Of a stretch of 64,000 nucleotides of DNA, positions 37,693 through 48,370 are shown one piece after another (position 1 is the stretch's first letter; each line of letters starts with the position of its first letter). A program made the position numbers and the translations under genes. The DNA comes from Longimicrobiales bacterium (GTDB taxonomy: Bacteria > Gemmatimonadota > Gemmatimonadetes > Longimicrobiales > Gaopeijiaceae), in NCBI GenBank assembly GCA_965203485.1, contig OZ241892.1, positions 128,001 through 192,000 of the forward strand. The letters are read 5' to 3'. The notes under the pieces are model-generated. The model was not told the DNA's origin, searched no databases, and worked only from the letters and a program-made list of their open reading frames with translations.

Positions 37693-39579
37693 GTGAGCGG
37701 GCCGAGTCCCGGCGCGGACGAGTTCCGGGAGCGCGAGTTGCCGCTTCTCCACCGGGCGGCGATCGTCTACCTGGCGGCGCCGCTGGCCGTCTGGCTGCTG
37801 GGATGGTTCCGTCCCTGGGTCGGTCTGCCCGCCGTTGCGATTCTCGCGGCGGGACTCTGGCGCGCGCTTTCGGGGCGGTGGCGGATCCGCGCTTCTTCGC
37901 GCGCTGTCGTGGCGGCGCTGTTCGCGGCCGTCGTGCTGACGATGCTGACCGAGGCGGGCGGCGTGCTGCGCTATTCGGAGGACTGGCGCACGTACCGCGC
38001 CGTCTTCCTGGACTTGGCGTGGGGCGAATGGCCGACGTGGCTGACGAACTACTTGGGCGCGCCGGAGCTGTTGCGCTACTACCTGGGCTACTTCATGATG
38101 CCGTCGCTGGCGGCGCGGCTGTTCGGGGCCGGGGCGCTGGACTGGGCCGTGCCGCTGTGGACGTGGTGCGGCACGGCGCTGGCGCTGTCGCTGTGGACGC
38201 GCGGCCTCGGGAGCCTGCGCGCGGCGGCGCTGGCGGTTGCGGCGCTCTTCTTGTTCGGCGGAATGGACGTGCTGGACCATTGGCTGGCGCAGGGGCTGGC
38301 CGCCGTGGCCGACACCCCGGCCGGCTTGCAGATCGCGTACCGCAGTCCCTGGTGGTTCTTCCGCGTGGCGCCGCAGCACTTCCTCGCGAGCGTTCTGGCC
38401 GTCACATTGCTGCTCCAGCTCAAGGACAACCCGCGCTTTCTGGCGGCGGGCGGGATCGTATTGGCGGCGTGCTTCTTCTGGTCGGCGTTGTCGGCCACGG
38501 GCTTGGTCCCGCTGGCGGTCGCGGCCGTGGTCGGCAGGAAGCGCCTGCTGGCGGCGCTGAGCTGGCAGAATCTGTGCGTGGCGTTGCCATTGGCCGCGCT
38601 GGTGGCGTTGTACCTGGCGAGCGGCAAGATGGACTTCGATTCGGGGTGGGTATCGAGTCGGTGGGAAAGCACATGGCACTTCGGCGCTCGCCTGGCCATA
38701 TTGTACGCGACGGAGTTTGCCGCCTTGGCCTTCGTGCTGCGGCGCGTCGGTGGAGATGAGGGCCTCGCGCGTGGCCGGTTCTTCGCCGTCGCGGTGGCGA
38801 TGTTGCCGCTCACGCAGGTGTGGTTCTACGGCGAGTGGGGCGAGAAGTTCGCGCCGCCCTTGCTCCTCGTGCTGGCCTACTGCGCGTCGCGGGCCGTCGC
38901 CGCGCGGTTGCCCGAGATGCGGCCGGCGGCCGCCGCGCCCGGTCGGCCGGTCGTGTTCGGAGCGCTCCTTGCGATGCTGGTCGCCGGGGCGTCCTCGTGG
39001 GCTGGAATAGGCGGCTTGCCGGGCATGGCGATTGCACCCGTATCCTATGCGAGGTCCGGCGAGTCGACGATGACGGACGCGGAAGCGTACGCGATCGAGC
39101 AAAGGACCGTGCGCCGCCTCCCGCCGTTGCTCCGGGCGTTGTTGCGGGACGCCGAGGTCAGGGGAGGCCGCGAAGGCGATTTGGTTGCGGCTTCCGACGG
39201 GACCGAAGTGTATCTGGAGGAAAGCAGTCGGCTCGTGTACGTACGACGCGATTGCAACACGGAGGAGAACGTCCGGACGTGGCTGTTCCTCGAGACCGAG
39301 GTCGGGACCACGCCCGTGCGGCGGCTGGGCGCCGACTGGGCGCCCTACGAAGTGACGGCCGGCGCGCGGCCCGCAAGACACGTTCGCTGGATCCTCCGCT
39401 CCCGGAACCCGGACGGCGACCTTCTCTATTGGCACCTGCGCATTCCGTTGCTGGGATATCGCGGCGGCGGTTGCGTGTGGGTTGCAAAGCTGCCGGGCTA
39501 TCCGGCGGCGCGGGTGCGGACGGGCCAGCTGGATCCTGCCGCCCGCCCGATGTGGGAAGCCACTTTGCAGCTCCCGTGA
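37693..39579 (+). CDS. GT-C-like polytopic membrane protein, paralog 5
   Basis: Highly similar to paralogs 4 and 6. Start approximate (ORF is open from 37495). Confidence 0.7.
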   Translation: MSGPSPGADEFRERELPLLHRAAIVYLAAPLAVWLLGWFRPWVGLPAVAILAAGLWRALSGRWRIRASSRAVVAALFAAVVLTMLTEAGGVLRYSEDWRTYRAVFLDLAWGEWPTWLTNYLGAPELLRYYLGYFMMPSLAARLFGAGALDWAVPLWTWCGTALALSLWTRGLGSLRAAALAVAALFLFGGMDVLDHWLAQGLAAVADTPAGLQIAYRSPWWFFRVAPQHFLASVLAVTLLLQLKDNPRFLAAGGIVLAACFFWSALSATGLVPLAVAAVVGRKRLLAALSWQNLCVALPLAALVALYLASGKMDFDSGWVSSRWESTWHFGARLAILYATEFAALAFVLRRVGGDEGLARGRFFAVAVAMLPLTQVWFYGEWGEKFAPPLLLVLAYCASRAVAARLPEMRPAAAAPGRPVVFGALLAMLVAGASSWAGIGGLPGMAIAPVSYARSGESTMTDAEAYAIEQRTVRRLPPLLRALLRDAEVRGGREGDLVAASDGTEVYLEESSRLVYVRRDCNTEENVRTWLFLETEVGTTPVRRLGADWAPYEVTAGARPARHVRWILRSRNPDGDLLYWHLRIPLLGYRGGGCVWVAKLPGYPAARVRTGQLDPAARPMWEATLQLP

Positions 39580-39682
39580 GCGTCCGCCCCCGCCGCGCCG
39601 ACCGGCGACGACCGCCTAACAAGGGCAATGAGCTCGTACTCTGCGCGCAGGCGCGTCTGGGTCGGACGTCTCTTGACGACAA

Positions 39683-41605
39683 ATGACCGCGCCCGCCCAC
39701 GACCAGTCGGCCGCGCCGAGTCCCGGGGCGGACGAGTTCCGGGAGCGCGAGTTGCCGCTTCTCCAGCGGGCGGCGATCGTCTACTTGGTGTCGCCGTTGG
39801 CCGTCTGGTTGCTGGGATGGTTTCGTCCGTGGGTGGGCCTGCCCGCCGTTGCGCTTCTCGCGGCGGGACTCTGGCGCGCGCTTTCGGGGCGGTGGCGGAT
39901 CCGCGCTCCTTCGCGCACGGCCGCGGCGCTGCTGTTCGCGGCGCTAGCGCTGACAATGTTGACCGAGGCGGGCGGCGTGTTGCGCTATTCGCCGGACTGG
40001 CGCGGCTTCAGCGCGATGTTCCTGGACTTGTCGTGGGGCGAATGGCCGACATGGCTGACGAACTACCTGGGCGCGCCGGAGTTGCTGCGCTTCTACCTGG
40101 GCTACTTCATGGCGCCGTCGTTGGCGGCGCGACTGTTCGGCGCCGGGGCGCTGGACTGGGCGGTGCCGCTGTGGACGTGGTGCGGCACGGCGTTGGCGCT
40201 GCTGCTGTGGACGCGGGGCCTCGGGAGCCTGCGCGCTGCGGCGCTGGCGGTTGCGGCGCTCTTCTTGTTCGGCGGATTGGACGTGCTGGACCATTTGCTG
40301 ACGCAACGGCTGGCCGCCGCGGCCCACACTCCGCCCGACGGATACGGCGTCTACTTTGCCCTCATCTGGTTCTTCCGCGGGTCGCCCTATCACTTCTTCG
40401 CGAACGTTCTGGCGGTTGCGCTGCTGCTGCAGCTCAAGGACAACCCCCGCTTCCTGGCGATGGGCGGGATCGTAGTGGTGGCGTGCTTCTTCTGGGCGGC
40501 GTTGTCGGCCACCGGCTTGGTCCCGCTCGCGGTCGCGGCCGTGATCGGCAGGAAGCGCGTGCTGGCGGCGCTGAGCTGGCAGAACCTTTGCGTGGCGTTG
40601 CCATTGGGTGCGCTGGTGGCGTTGTACCTGGCGAGCGGCAAGATGGACTTCGAGTCAGGGTGGATATCGAGCGAATGGGACAGCAGATGGCGCTTCGGCG
40701 CCCGCCTGGCCGTCTTGTACGCGACGGAGTTTGCCGCCTTGGCCTTCGTGCTGTGGCGTATCGGGAGCAGGGGGTACGGACGGTTCCTAGGCGTTGCGGT
40801 CGTAGCGTTGCCGTTTGCGCAGGTGTGGCACTACGGATATGACGGATTCAACGAGTGGGGCGTCAAGTTCGCGGTGCCGCTTCTCCTCGTGCTGGCCTAC
40901 TGCGCGTCGCGGGCCGTCACATCGCAGTTGCCCGAGGTGCGGTCGGCGCCTCGAATCGCCCGGCCCGTTGCGTTCTGGGCCCTCGTGGCGATGCTGGTCG
41001 TCGGGACGGCTCCCGTGGTCCGGCATCTCGGCGACGCGACGATTGCACCCATCTCCTACACGTGGTCCGGCGAGTCGGCGATGACGGACTTGAACACCGT
41101 CCAAGTCGAGCAACGCGCGACCTCCCGCGTCCCCCCGCTGCTCCGGGCGTTGTTGCGCAGCGTCGAGGCCGGGGGGGGGCGGGAAGGCGACCTGGTCGCG
41201 TCCCCCGACGGCGTCGAAGTATATCTGGAGGGAGGCAGTCGGCTGGTGCACGTAAGACGCGTCTGCAACGCGGAGACGAACGTCCGAACGTGGTTGTTTC
41301 TCGAGATCGAGGCCGAGGCCACGCGCCCGCGACGGACGGGAGCGGACTGGCCGCCCTACGATGTGGAGGCGCGGCCCGCGGGGCACACTCGTTGGATCGT
41401 CCGCTCCCGGGGCCCGGACGGCGATCTCCTCTACTGGCGCTTGGGGCATCCTCTTCGCGAGAAGCGCGCCGGCGGCTGCATTTGGGTTGCCAAGCTGCCG
41501 CGCTATCCGGTGGCGACGGTGCGCACTGGGCAACTGGACTTCGCAGGCCGTCCAATGTGGGAAGCGGTGTTGCCGCTCGGCCGGATCCGCCATTCGCGGC
41601 CGTGA
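39683..41605 (+). CDS. GT-C-like polytopic membrane protein, paralog 6
   Basis: Highly similar to paralogs 4 and 5. Confidence 0.7.
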   Translation: MTAPAHDQSAAPSPGADEFRERELPLLQRAAIVYLVSPLAVWLLGWFRPWVGLPAVALLAAGLWRALSGRWRIRAPSRTAAALLFAALALTMLTEAGGVLRYSPDWRGFSAMFLDLSWGEWPTWLTNYLGAPELLRFYLGYFMAPSLAARLFGAGALDWAVPLWTWCGTALALLLWTRGLGSLRAAALAVAALFLFGGLDVLDHLLTQRLAAAAHTPPDGYGVYFALIWFFRGSPYHFFANVLAVALLLQLKDNPRFLAMGGIVVVACFFWAALSATGLVPLAVAAVIGRKRVLAALSWQNLCVALPLGALVALYLASGKMDFESGWISSEWDSRWRFGARLAVLYATEFAALAFVLWRIGSRGYGRFLGVAVVALPFAQVWHYGYDGFNEWGVKFAVPLLLVLAYCASRAVTSQLPEVRSAPRIARPVAFWALVAMLVVGTAPVVRHLGDATIAPISYTWSGESAMTDLNTVQVEQRATSRVPPLLRALLRSVEAGGGREGDLVASPDGVEVYLEGGSRLVHVRRVCNAETNVRTWLFLEIEAEATRPRRTGADWPPYDVEARPAGHTRWIVRSRGPDGDLLYWRLGHPLREKRAGGCIWVAKLPRYPVATVRTGQLDFAGRPMWEAVLPLGRIRHSRP

Positions 41606-41832
41606 GCCAGCCAACTGCACGGTCGCTGCGCACGGCGATGCCGAGGCGTCGTGGTGCAATCCCGGAACCTTCGAACCGTCGCGCCCGGGGCTCCATCCCG
41701 ACCCTTCCGGCCGGCGGACGGCCGCGCGGACGCCGGCATCCCTCGCGATGGGACATCAGGATGGACATTTCAGATACCAGAAATCTCTGCCCCGCTTGTC
41801 CGAGCCCTGCGGTCTGCCTCGCGGCCGGACCG

Positions 41833-43119
41833 TCACGTCCCTTCCTGCCGCGTCGCGGCCAGCGCCTGGTCCAGGTCCTCGACGATGTCGTCCACGTGCT
41901 CGATGCCGATCGACAGGCGCACCAAGTCCTCGGACACGCCGGAAGCCTCCAACTCTTCGGCCGACAGCTGGCGGTGCGTGGTCGTGGCCGGATGAGTCGC
42001 GAGCGACTTGGCGTCGCCGATGTTGACCAAGCGCGTGACCAAGCCGAGGGCATCGATGAAGCGCGCACCTGCCTCGCGTCCGCCCTTGATGCCGAAGCTG
42101 AGGATGCCCGCCGCCCGCCCGCCGCAGTACTTGTCCAGCAGCGGCTTTTCGGGACTGTCTTCGAGCGCCGCGTAGCGCACCCATTCGACCAGCGCATGCC
42201 GCCGCAGGTGTTCCGCAACCGCTAGCGCATTGTCGCAGATGCGCTCCATCCGCAGCGGTAGCGTCTCGAGCCCCTGAAGGGCGAGGAACGCGGTGTGGGG
42301 CGAGATGGCGGCCCCGATGTTGCGAAGGGGCACGACGCGGGCCCGGACGATGTAGGCGAGGTTGCCCACTGCTTCGGTGTAGACCACGCCGTGGTAGGAC
42401 ACGTCGGGCTCGTTCAGCCGGGGAAAGCGTTCGCTGTTGGCGACCCAGTCGAAGTTGCCCGAATCGACGATGGCGCCGCCGATGATGGTGCCGTGGCCGC
42501 CGATGTACTTCGTGACCGAGTGCACCACGATGTCGGCTCCATGTTCGATGGGCCGGCACAGATAGGGGCTGGGCACCGTGTTGTCGACGATTACCGGCAC
42601 GCCCTGGGCGTGGGCCGCTTCGACGATGCCGGCGACGTCGGCCACGTTGCCGGCCGGATTGCCGATCGATTCGCAGTACACGGCCTTCGTCCCGGCGTCG
42701 ATCCGGTCCGCGACGGCGCCGAGGTCGTTTGGCGGCACGAAGCGCGTCTCGATGCCGATTTGCGGCAGCGTGTGGGCGAAGAGGTTGTATGTCCCGCCGT
42801 AGAGCGTAGAGGCGCTGACGATGTTGTCGCCCGCCTCGGCGATGGTGAGGATTGCGTAAGTCGTGGCGGCCTGGCCGGAAGAAAGCGCGAGGGCGCCCAC
42901 GCCGCCTTCCATTGCAGCCAGACGATGCTCGAGCACCGCCTGGGTCGGATTCATGATCCGCGTATAGATGTTCCCCTCGACCTTGAGGTCGAACAAGTCC
43001 GCTCCGTGCTGAGTGTCGTCGAAGGCGTATGCGGTGGTCTGGTAGATCGGCACCGCCACGGCCTTGGTGGTGGGGTCCGGCTCGTAGCCGGCGTGAACTG
43101 CCTGCGTCTCGATTCGCAT
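41833..43119 (-). CDS. metY: O-acetylhomoserine aminocarboxypropyltransferase (sulfhydrylase)
   Basis: [39 protein letters not shown] and [22 protein letters not shown]. Confidence 0.93.
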   Translation of the reverse strand: MRIETQAVHAGYEPDPTTKAVAVPIYQTTAYAFDDTQHGADLFDLKVEGNIYTRIMNPTQAVLEHRLAAMEGGVGALALSSGQAATTYAILTIAEAGDNIVSASTLYGGTYNLFAHTLPQIGIETRFVPPNDLGAVADRIDAGTKAVYCESIGNPAGNVADVAGIVEAAHAQGVPVIVDNTVPSPYLCRPIEHGADIVVHSVTKYIGGHGTIIGGAIVDSGNFDWVANSERFPRLNEPDVSYHGVVYTEAVGNLAYIVRARVVPLRNIGAAISPHTAFLALQGLETLPLRMERICDNALAVAEHLRRHALVEWVRYAALEDSPEKPLLDKYCGGRAAGILSFGIKGGREAGARFIDALGLVTRLVNIGDAKSLATHPATTTHRQLSAEELEASGVSEDLVRLSIGIEHVDDIVEDLDQALAATRQEGT

Positions 43120-43785
43120 CGGTCTTCTCTCGGCGTTGCGAGGATGGAATGCACGGCCGGGCCCAGCGCCAAGCCGCGGAAAGGGGACGCGAAACGAACG
43201 GTCTCGCGACGAAGGGGGCGGGCCGGACGGCTCCGCCGGGAGGGCGCCGCCCCCGGAGGACGGCTGCGTCTTTCGGCCTCGCAGAGTCCGCTGCAAGCGT
43301 CCGGCCGACTCCCCCCGTGCCGACTCCCTTCTCGGAGCACGATCCAGGCGAAAGCCGAAGCCGGGCGCTTCGACGGCCGGGCGTAGTTCTCGCACCGCCC
43401 GCGAGGTCGGTGAAGTCTACAACGTTTTTTCCGCGGGCCAAGGGGAGCCCATGGGGCGCCTTCGGCCCGGCGCGCGTCTCCGAATGCGAGGCCCAATGCA
43501 AGTCGGCCGCGTGACGACAGGATGCCTTCGGCCCGGCGCGTCTCCGTCTGCGAGCGTCGATTCCGGTATCCCTGGCGGCATCCAGCGCCGTAGGCTCCTC
43601 CCGGCGCGACGGACGCCTCCGAAGCTCCGGCCCGCGTTTGCCGGGCTGGCCCCGCTATGACCGTCTCTTTCCGTCCATCCGTGCCGCGGACGACTCCCCT
43701 GCCGCCGTTCGCGGCCGCCGGCCCGCTACGGCAGTCCCCTACGTTCGTGGGCGCAGTCAGCGCGGGCCCGCCGCCGGCCCGCGTG

Positions 43786-46700
43786 CTACGGCGGTCCCTC
43801 TCCCCCCGGCAGCGGGTCGAAGCCCGCGGCCGCCAGTGCGCGCCGGTAGGCTTCGACCGGGCCGCTCATGACGTCGGCGAGGGCGGCCTCCAGCTCGGCG
43901 AGCGCCTCGGCGGCCTGAGCCATGGCCAAGCGGTCGGTGGCGGACGGGGCGCCGTGCGCGCTGTTGAGCTTGCGCAGAGGAGCGCGGACCCGCGCGGCCA
44001 GCGTGGCGCCGCGGCAGATGCCTTGGCACTCGGGGCCGGCGAAGAGGCGCCGGTTCAGGTCCGCCAGCTCGCGGCTCAGGTCTTCCCCCTGCCGGCGCAG
44101 CTCCGCCGTGTCGTCTCCCGGCGAGAGCGACGCAAGGACGCGCTCCACGGCCGCCGTCATGTCGGACAGGCGGCGGGACGCGCGCGCGACGGCCCGGCTC
44201 CACCGGGCCGCCTCGAGTTGCGCATCGAGCCGCAAGCGGCGGTCGGCGCCGGAAACATCGAGCCGCGGGTCGGCCACGACCTCAACGATCCCCTCGGCGG
44301 ACCGGTCCGCGACTTCGACCCGCACTCGGTACGAGCCCGGCAGGACCCAAGGTCCGGGCGGCGACTCCGGCCCCGGTCCAACTTGCATGGGCTCGGCGGC
44401 TCCCCCCCGCGCGGCGACGTCGCCGGGCATGGCCATGCGCAGGTCCCACACCACGCGGTTGAGCCCTCTGTCTGCGCTTCCCCGCAGGACGCGCAACTCC
44501 GCGCCCGAGGCGTCGAGGACGACGACTCGCGCTCGCGCGCCTGCCCCTGGCAGTTCGTCCTCTACGGCGCCCAGCGACGCTCGATCCGCATCCGGCCCTG
44601 CCGTCGCTCCGCCTGTTGCGCCGCCGCTCTCCTCTCTCCCGTCTCCGCCCTCCGCCATCCAGTAATGGATCAGCGCCCCGAATGGTCGCAGGTCGCCCAT
44701 GAACATTGCGTGTCCGGTCGATCTGTAGCCCTGCGCCTCGGCCTCGACGTACTGAACTGCCGGGGCTGCCGGAAAGATCCGCAGGGGGTCCGCGGCCACC
44801 GAGGGATCCGCGGCCAGCGCGCGCAAAGGGCGCACGTCGTCGATCACGTAGGCCGCGCGTCCGTGCGTGCCGACGACCAAGTCGTGATCGCGGGGATGCA
44901 CGACCAAAGCGCGAACCGGCGCCGGAGGGACGCCGTTGGCCCACGCCGCCCACGATGCGCCCCGGTCCAAGCTCGCGAAGAGGCCGAACTCCGTGCCCAG
45001 GAAGAGCAGATTGGGTTCCACGGGATCTTCCTCGATCACGTGCACGAACCCGCGGACGTCCCCGGTGGCCAGCGAACGCCAGCTCCGTCCGTAGTCCTCC
45101 GTGCGGTAGACGTACGGCGTCCAGTTGCCGCGGCGGTGGTCGTCGTAGATCAAGTAGGCGGACGCCGGATCGTGCTTCGACGGCTCCACGTGGGGCGCCC
45201 ACGTGGCGGGAGGCACGTCCGGCACGCGGTCGCCCACGTTGGTCCAGGTCGCTCCGTCGTCGCGCGTCACCTGAATGTTGCCGTCGTCGGTGGAGACCCA
45301 GATGAGCCCGCGCTCGACCGGGCTCGGCGCGATGCTCAGAATGGTCGTGTGGTTCTCAGCCCCGGTCGCGTCCAGCGACAGGCCGCCGCTCTGTTCTTGC
45401 CGCTGCTTTTCCGGGTCGTCGGTCGTGAGGTCCGGGGAGACGATCTCCCAAGTGGCTCCGTCGTCGCGCGACCGGTGCACGAATTGCGAGCCCAGATAGA
45501 TGGTGGCGGAATCGAAGGGATCGACGTTGAGAGCCGCGTTCCAGCTGAAGCGCAACGTCGTGCCGGCTGGGTGGACGGGCTTGATGTCGCGCCTTGCGCC
45601 CGTGGTCTTGTCGAAGCGCATCAGGTTGCCCTGCTGCGACATGGAGTAGCCGTAGCGCTCGTCGCGGAAGTCCGGCAGGGTGGCGAAGCCGTCGCCGCTG
45701 CCCACCCGCGTCCAGTGCAGGTTCATGATGCCGCGCTGAGCCCACACGGTGCTGGGGCCGAACCAGGAGCCGTTGTCCTGGAGCCCTCCGTAGACGTTGA
45801 AGGGCATGGCCATGTCCACGTTGACGTGGTAGAACTGGGCCAGCGGCAGGTTCTCGACGAAGCGCCAGCTCGCGCCGCGGTCGCGGGTCACCGCGATGCC
45901 GCCGTCCTCGCCCAGAATCATGAAGCGGCCGTCGTCCGGGTGAATCCAGAGCTCGTGGATGTCCCCGTGCACGATCCGGCTCGGCACCACAGTGCGGAAC
46001 GACCGCCCGGCGTCTTCGCTGACCTGAATCGTGCCGTGCAGGCTGTAGATGCGGTTCTCGTTCGCTGGATCGACGCGAATGTCCGCGTAGTAGAACGGCC
46101 TCGGGGCGATGCCCCGCCTGTCGTTGGCGGTGCGCCAGCTCGCGCCCCCGTCGTCCGAACGCAGGAGTTCGCTGCGCTCCGCCTCCACGAGCGCGTAGAC
46201 GACGTCCGGGTCGGAGCGGGACACGGCGACGCCGATGCGGCCCAGATCGCCCTCCGGCAACCCGTGCTCGGGGCCCAGCCGGGTCCAAGCGCCGCCGCCG
46301 TCGCGGGTTGCGAACAGACCGCTTCCCGGCCCGCCCGAGCGAAAGAACCAGGGCCAGCGCCGGAACGACCACATCGCCGCAAACAGCTTGTCCGGGTTGG
46401 AGGGGTCCATGACCAGATCGGCCGCTCCGGTTCCCTCGTCCACGTAGAGCACGCGGTCCCACGTCTCGCCCCCGTCCGTCGTCTTGTACACGCCGCGCTG
46501 GTCTCCGTCGCTCCACGCCGGCCCCATCGCGCCCACGTACACGGTGCGCGGATCCTGCGGGTGAATCAGCACCCGGTGAATCCGCTCCGACTCGGCGAGC
46601 CCCATGTGGCGCCAGGTGTCGCCCCCGTCCAGGCTCCGGTAGACCCCGGCGCCCACGCCGGCGGAGTTGCGCGGGTTTCCCTCTCCCGTCCCGACCCAGA

Positions 46701-47133
46701 CGACGTCCGGGTTCGACTCCGACACGGCCACCGCGCCGATTCCCAGCACCGGTTGGTCGTCGAACACCGGTTGCCATTCCAGCCCGCCGTCCCGCGAGCG
46801 CCAGACGCCTCCCGTGGCCGCGCCGACGTACATGATCGTCGGGTCCTTCAGGTTGACGGCGACGGCCGACACGCGCCCGCTCATCCCCGCCGGTCCGATG
46901 CTGCGCGCCCTCATCGGTCCGAAGTCCGACGCGGAGACCTGTCGTTGGGCCGGAGCCCGAATCACGGAGGCCGCGGAGGCCGAGCCGAGCGTGGCGGGGA
47001 CGTTGCTGGTCGCGGCCGCGGCCCACTGAGGCGTCGCCAAGAGGACCGCAAGGAGCGACGGCCAGAGGACGCGGCGACGGGATGCGGCGGGGAGTGCGAG
47101 GCGTTGGTGCGGCGAGGTGTTCGCGTTGGTCAT
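43786..47133 (-). CDS. Secreted BNR/Asp-box (VPS10/sortilin-like) propeller protein, glycosyl hydrolase-like
   Basis: RSIGPAGMSGRV, many SxDGGxTW Asp-box repeats, GGLQDNGSW and GTHGR; helical C-terminus. Confidence 0.88.
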   Translation of the reverse strand: MTNANTSPHQRLALPAASRRRVLWPSLLAVLLATPQWAAAATSNVPATLGSASAASVIRAPAQRQVSASDFGPMRARSIGPAGMSGRVSAVAVNLKDPTIMYVGAATGGVWRSRDGGLEWQPVFDDQPVLGIGAVAVSESNPDVVWVGTGEGNPRNSAGVGAGVYRSLDGGDTWRHMGLAESERIHRVLIHPQDPRTVYVGAMGPAWSDGDQRGVYKTTDGGETWDRVLYVDEGTGAADLVMDPSNPDKLFAAMWSFRRWPWFFRSGGPGSGLFATRDGGGAWTRLGPEHGLPEGDLGRIGVAVSRSDPDVVYALVEAERSELLRSDDGGASWRTANDRRGIAPRPFYYADIRVDPANENRIYSLHGTIQVSEDAGRSFRTVVPSRIVHGDIHELWIHPDDGRFMILGEDGGIAVTRDRGASWRFVENLPLAQFYHVNVDMAMPFNVYGGLQDNGSWFGPSTVWAQRGIMNLHWTRVGSGDGFATLPDFRDERYGYSMSQQGNLMRFDKTTGARRDIKPVHPAGTTLRFSWNAALNVDPFDSATIYLGSQFVHRSRDDGATWEIVSPDLTTDDPEKQRQEQSGGLSLDATGAENHTTILSIAPSPVERGLIWVSTDDGNIQVTRDDGATWTNVGDRVPDVPPATWAPHVEPSKHDPASAYLIYDDHRRGNWTPYVYRTEDYGRSWRSLATGDVRGFVHVIEEDPVEPNLLFLGTEFGLFASLDRGASWAAWANGVPPAPVRALVVHPRDHDLVVGTHGRAAYVIDDVRPLRALAADPSVAADPLRIFPAAPAVQYVEAEAQGYRSTGHAMFMGDLRPFGALIHYWMAEGGDGREESGGATGGATAGPDADRASLGAVEDELPGAGARARVVVLDASGAELRVLRGSADRGLNRVVWDLRMAMPGDVAARGGAAEPMQVGPGPESPPGPWVLPGSYRVRVEVADRSAEGIVEVVADPRLDVSGADRRLRLDAQLEAARWSRAVARASRRLSDMTAAVERVLASLSPGDDTAELRRQGEDLSRELADLNRRLFAGPECQGICRGATLAARVRAPLRKLNSAHGAPSATDRLAMAQAAEALAELEAALADVMSGPVEAYRRALAAAGFDPLPGGEGPP

Positions 47134-47672
47134 GTCGGGGCGGGCGTGTTTGCGTATCGGAAGCTGGGTCGCGAGGCGTTTCGGCGAGCCTCCGTGCTCG
47201 GGGTGCGTCGCGCGGGCGGCGGCGGAATGGCTGGAATAGGCGGGCGGGTTCCTTGGCGGTCAAGCCGTGCGCGCCAGGGCGGCGGCCGCCCGGAGGTGCG
47301 TCTCCGGGGCCGTCGGGCGGTCAAGTGGTGCGCCGGCCGGGCGGCGGCAGGCGTGCTGGCGGCGGTCGGCCGGGAGCGTGGTCGAGCCGTGCGCGCGCAG
47401 GCCGCCCAGGCCGCCCTGACGGGTCAAGCGGTGCGCGCCAAGGCCGGCGGTTGCCCTTGACGGCGCGAGTCCAGCGCGGCGTGGGCGAGGCTGTCGGCGG
47501 GGCGTCGTCGTCGGCGCTTGGGAGGCCTGGGAACCTTTCGGGGGCCTGCGGTGTATCACAGTACGGCGGGCGGCGGCGCGGAGCCGCTGTCCGCGCAAGA
47601 GTCCGGGACGGGAGCCGGCGCACGCGGCGCCGGACAGCGCCTCCCGGCGAGCCTCATCGAGGAGAGAGACGG

Positions 47673-48188
47673 ATGAAGTGCACGACAGGCGGTACTGGAC
47701 GGGTCGGCGCCTGGATCGCGGCGGCGGCGGTGGCGGTCGCCGCGCCGCTGGGCGCGCAGGAAGGCGGGTCCGCGCGGATCGCCGACATCGAGAAGATCGA
47801 GGCGGCGGCCGCCAAGCAGCTGGCGAGCGACGGCGACTGGAGCCGCGCCGCGGCGCTGTTCCGCGAGGCGGCCGGGTTGCGGCCTGCGGGCGACGCGACG
47901 GCGGTGGCGGACCTGCTGCGGGCGGGGCGGATCGCGTTCTACGAGGGCCGCGAGCGGCAGGCGGTGCGCGACTTCGAGGCGGCGGGCGAGCGGGCGCTCG
48001 AGCGCGGCGACGTGATCGGGGCGGCCGACGCGTTCACCGACGCGGCATGGGTGGCGCGGGCCGACGGCCGGCGCGCCGAGGCGAACGCGTTGCTGGCGAG
48101 GGCGCAGCTGCTCGCGAACTCGCCGTTGCTCGAGCGCGGCGCGCGCGACCGGTTGCGGGCGAGATGGGGGGTGGCCGGCGCGCTGTAG
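47673..48188 (+). CDS. Secreted helical (TPR-like) protein, tandem paralog A
   Basis: Signal peptide ending LGA-Q; core nearly identical to 48371..48874; GAGGAG RBS. Confidence 0.8.
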   Translation: MKCTTGGTGRVGAWIAAAAVAVAAPLGAQEGGSARIADIEKIEAAAAKQLASDGDWSRAAALFREAAGLRPAGDATAVADLLRAGRIAFYEGRERQAVRDFEAAGERALERGDVIGAADAFTDAAWVARADGRRAEANALLARAQLLANSPLLERGARDRLRARWGVAGAL

Positions 48189-48370
48189 AGGGCCGGGAGC
48201 GCCGCGGGCGGGCGGGCGAAACTCTTGCGGCGCTTGCGGCGTAGTTCTTCGGCAGGCGGAGCGGCCCGGCTCCTCGAGGGGCCGGGCGGCCCGCCGGCTT
48301 CCGGGCAGGCGAGCCGACCAACAAGGCGCTCGGGAGACACTGATCATGCATTCCGAGGAGAAGCACACCG

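Noticed and set aside
35472..41605. Diversity-generating retroelement behind the paralog variation
   Set aside because: No reverse transcriptase and no template/variable repeat pair. Differences are not adenine-specific.
43657..47460. 1267-aa plus-strand ORF and similar long Arg/Gly/Ala-rich ORFs (17690..20200, 50993..53830, 33754..35547)
   Set aside because: They are antisense shadows of well-supported genes in high-GC DNA and show no protein motifs.
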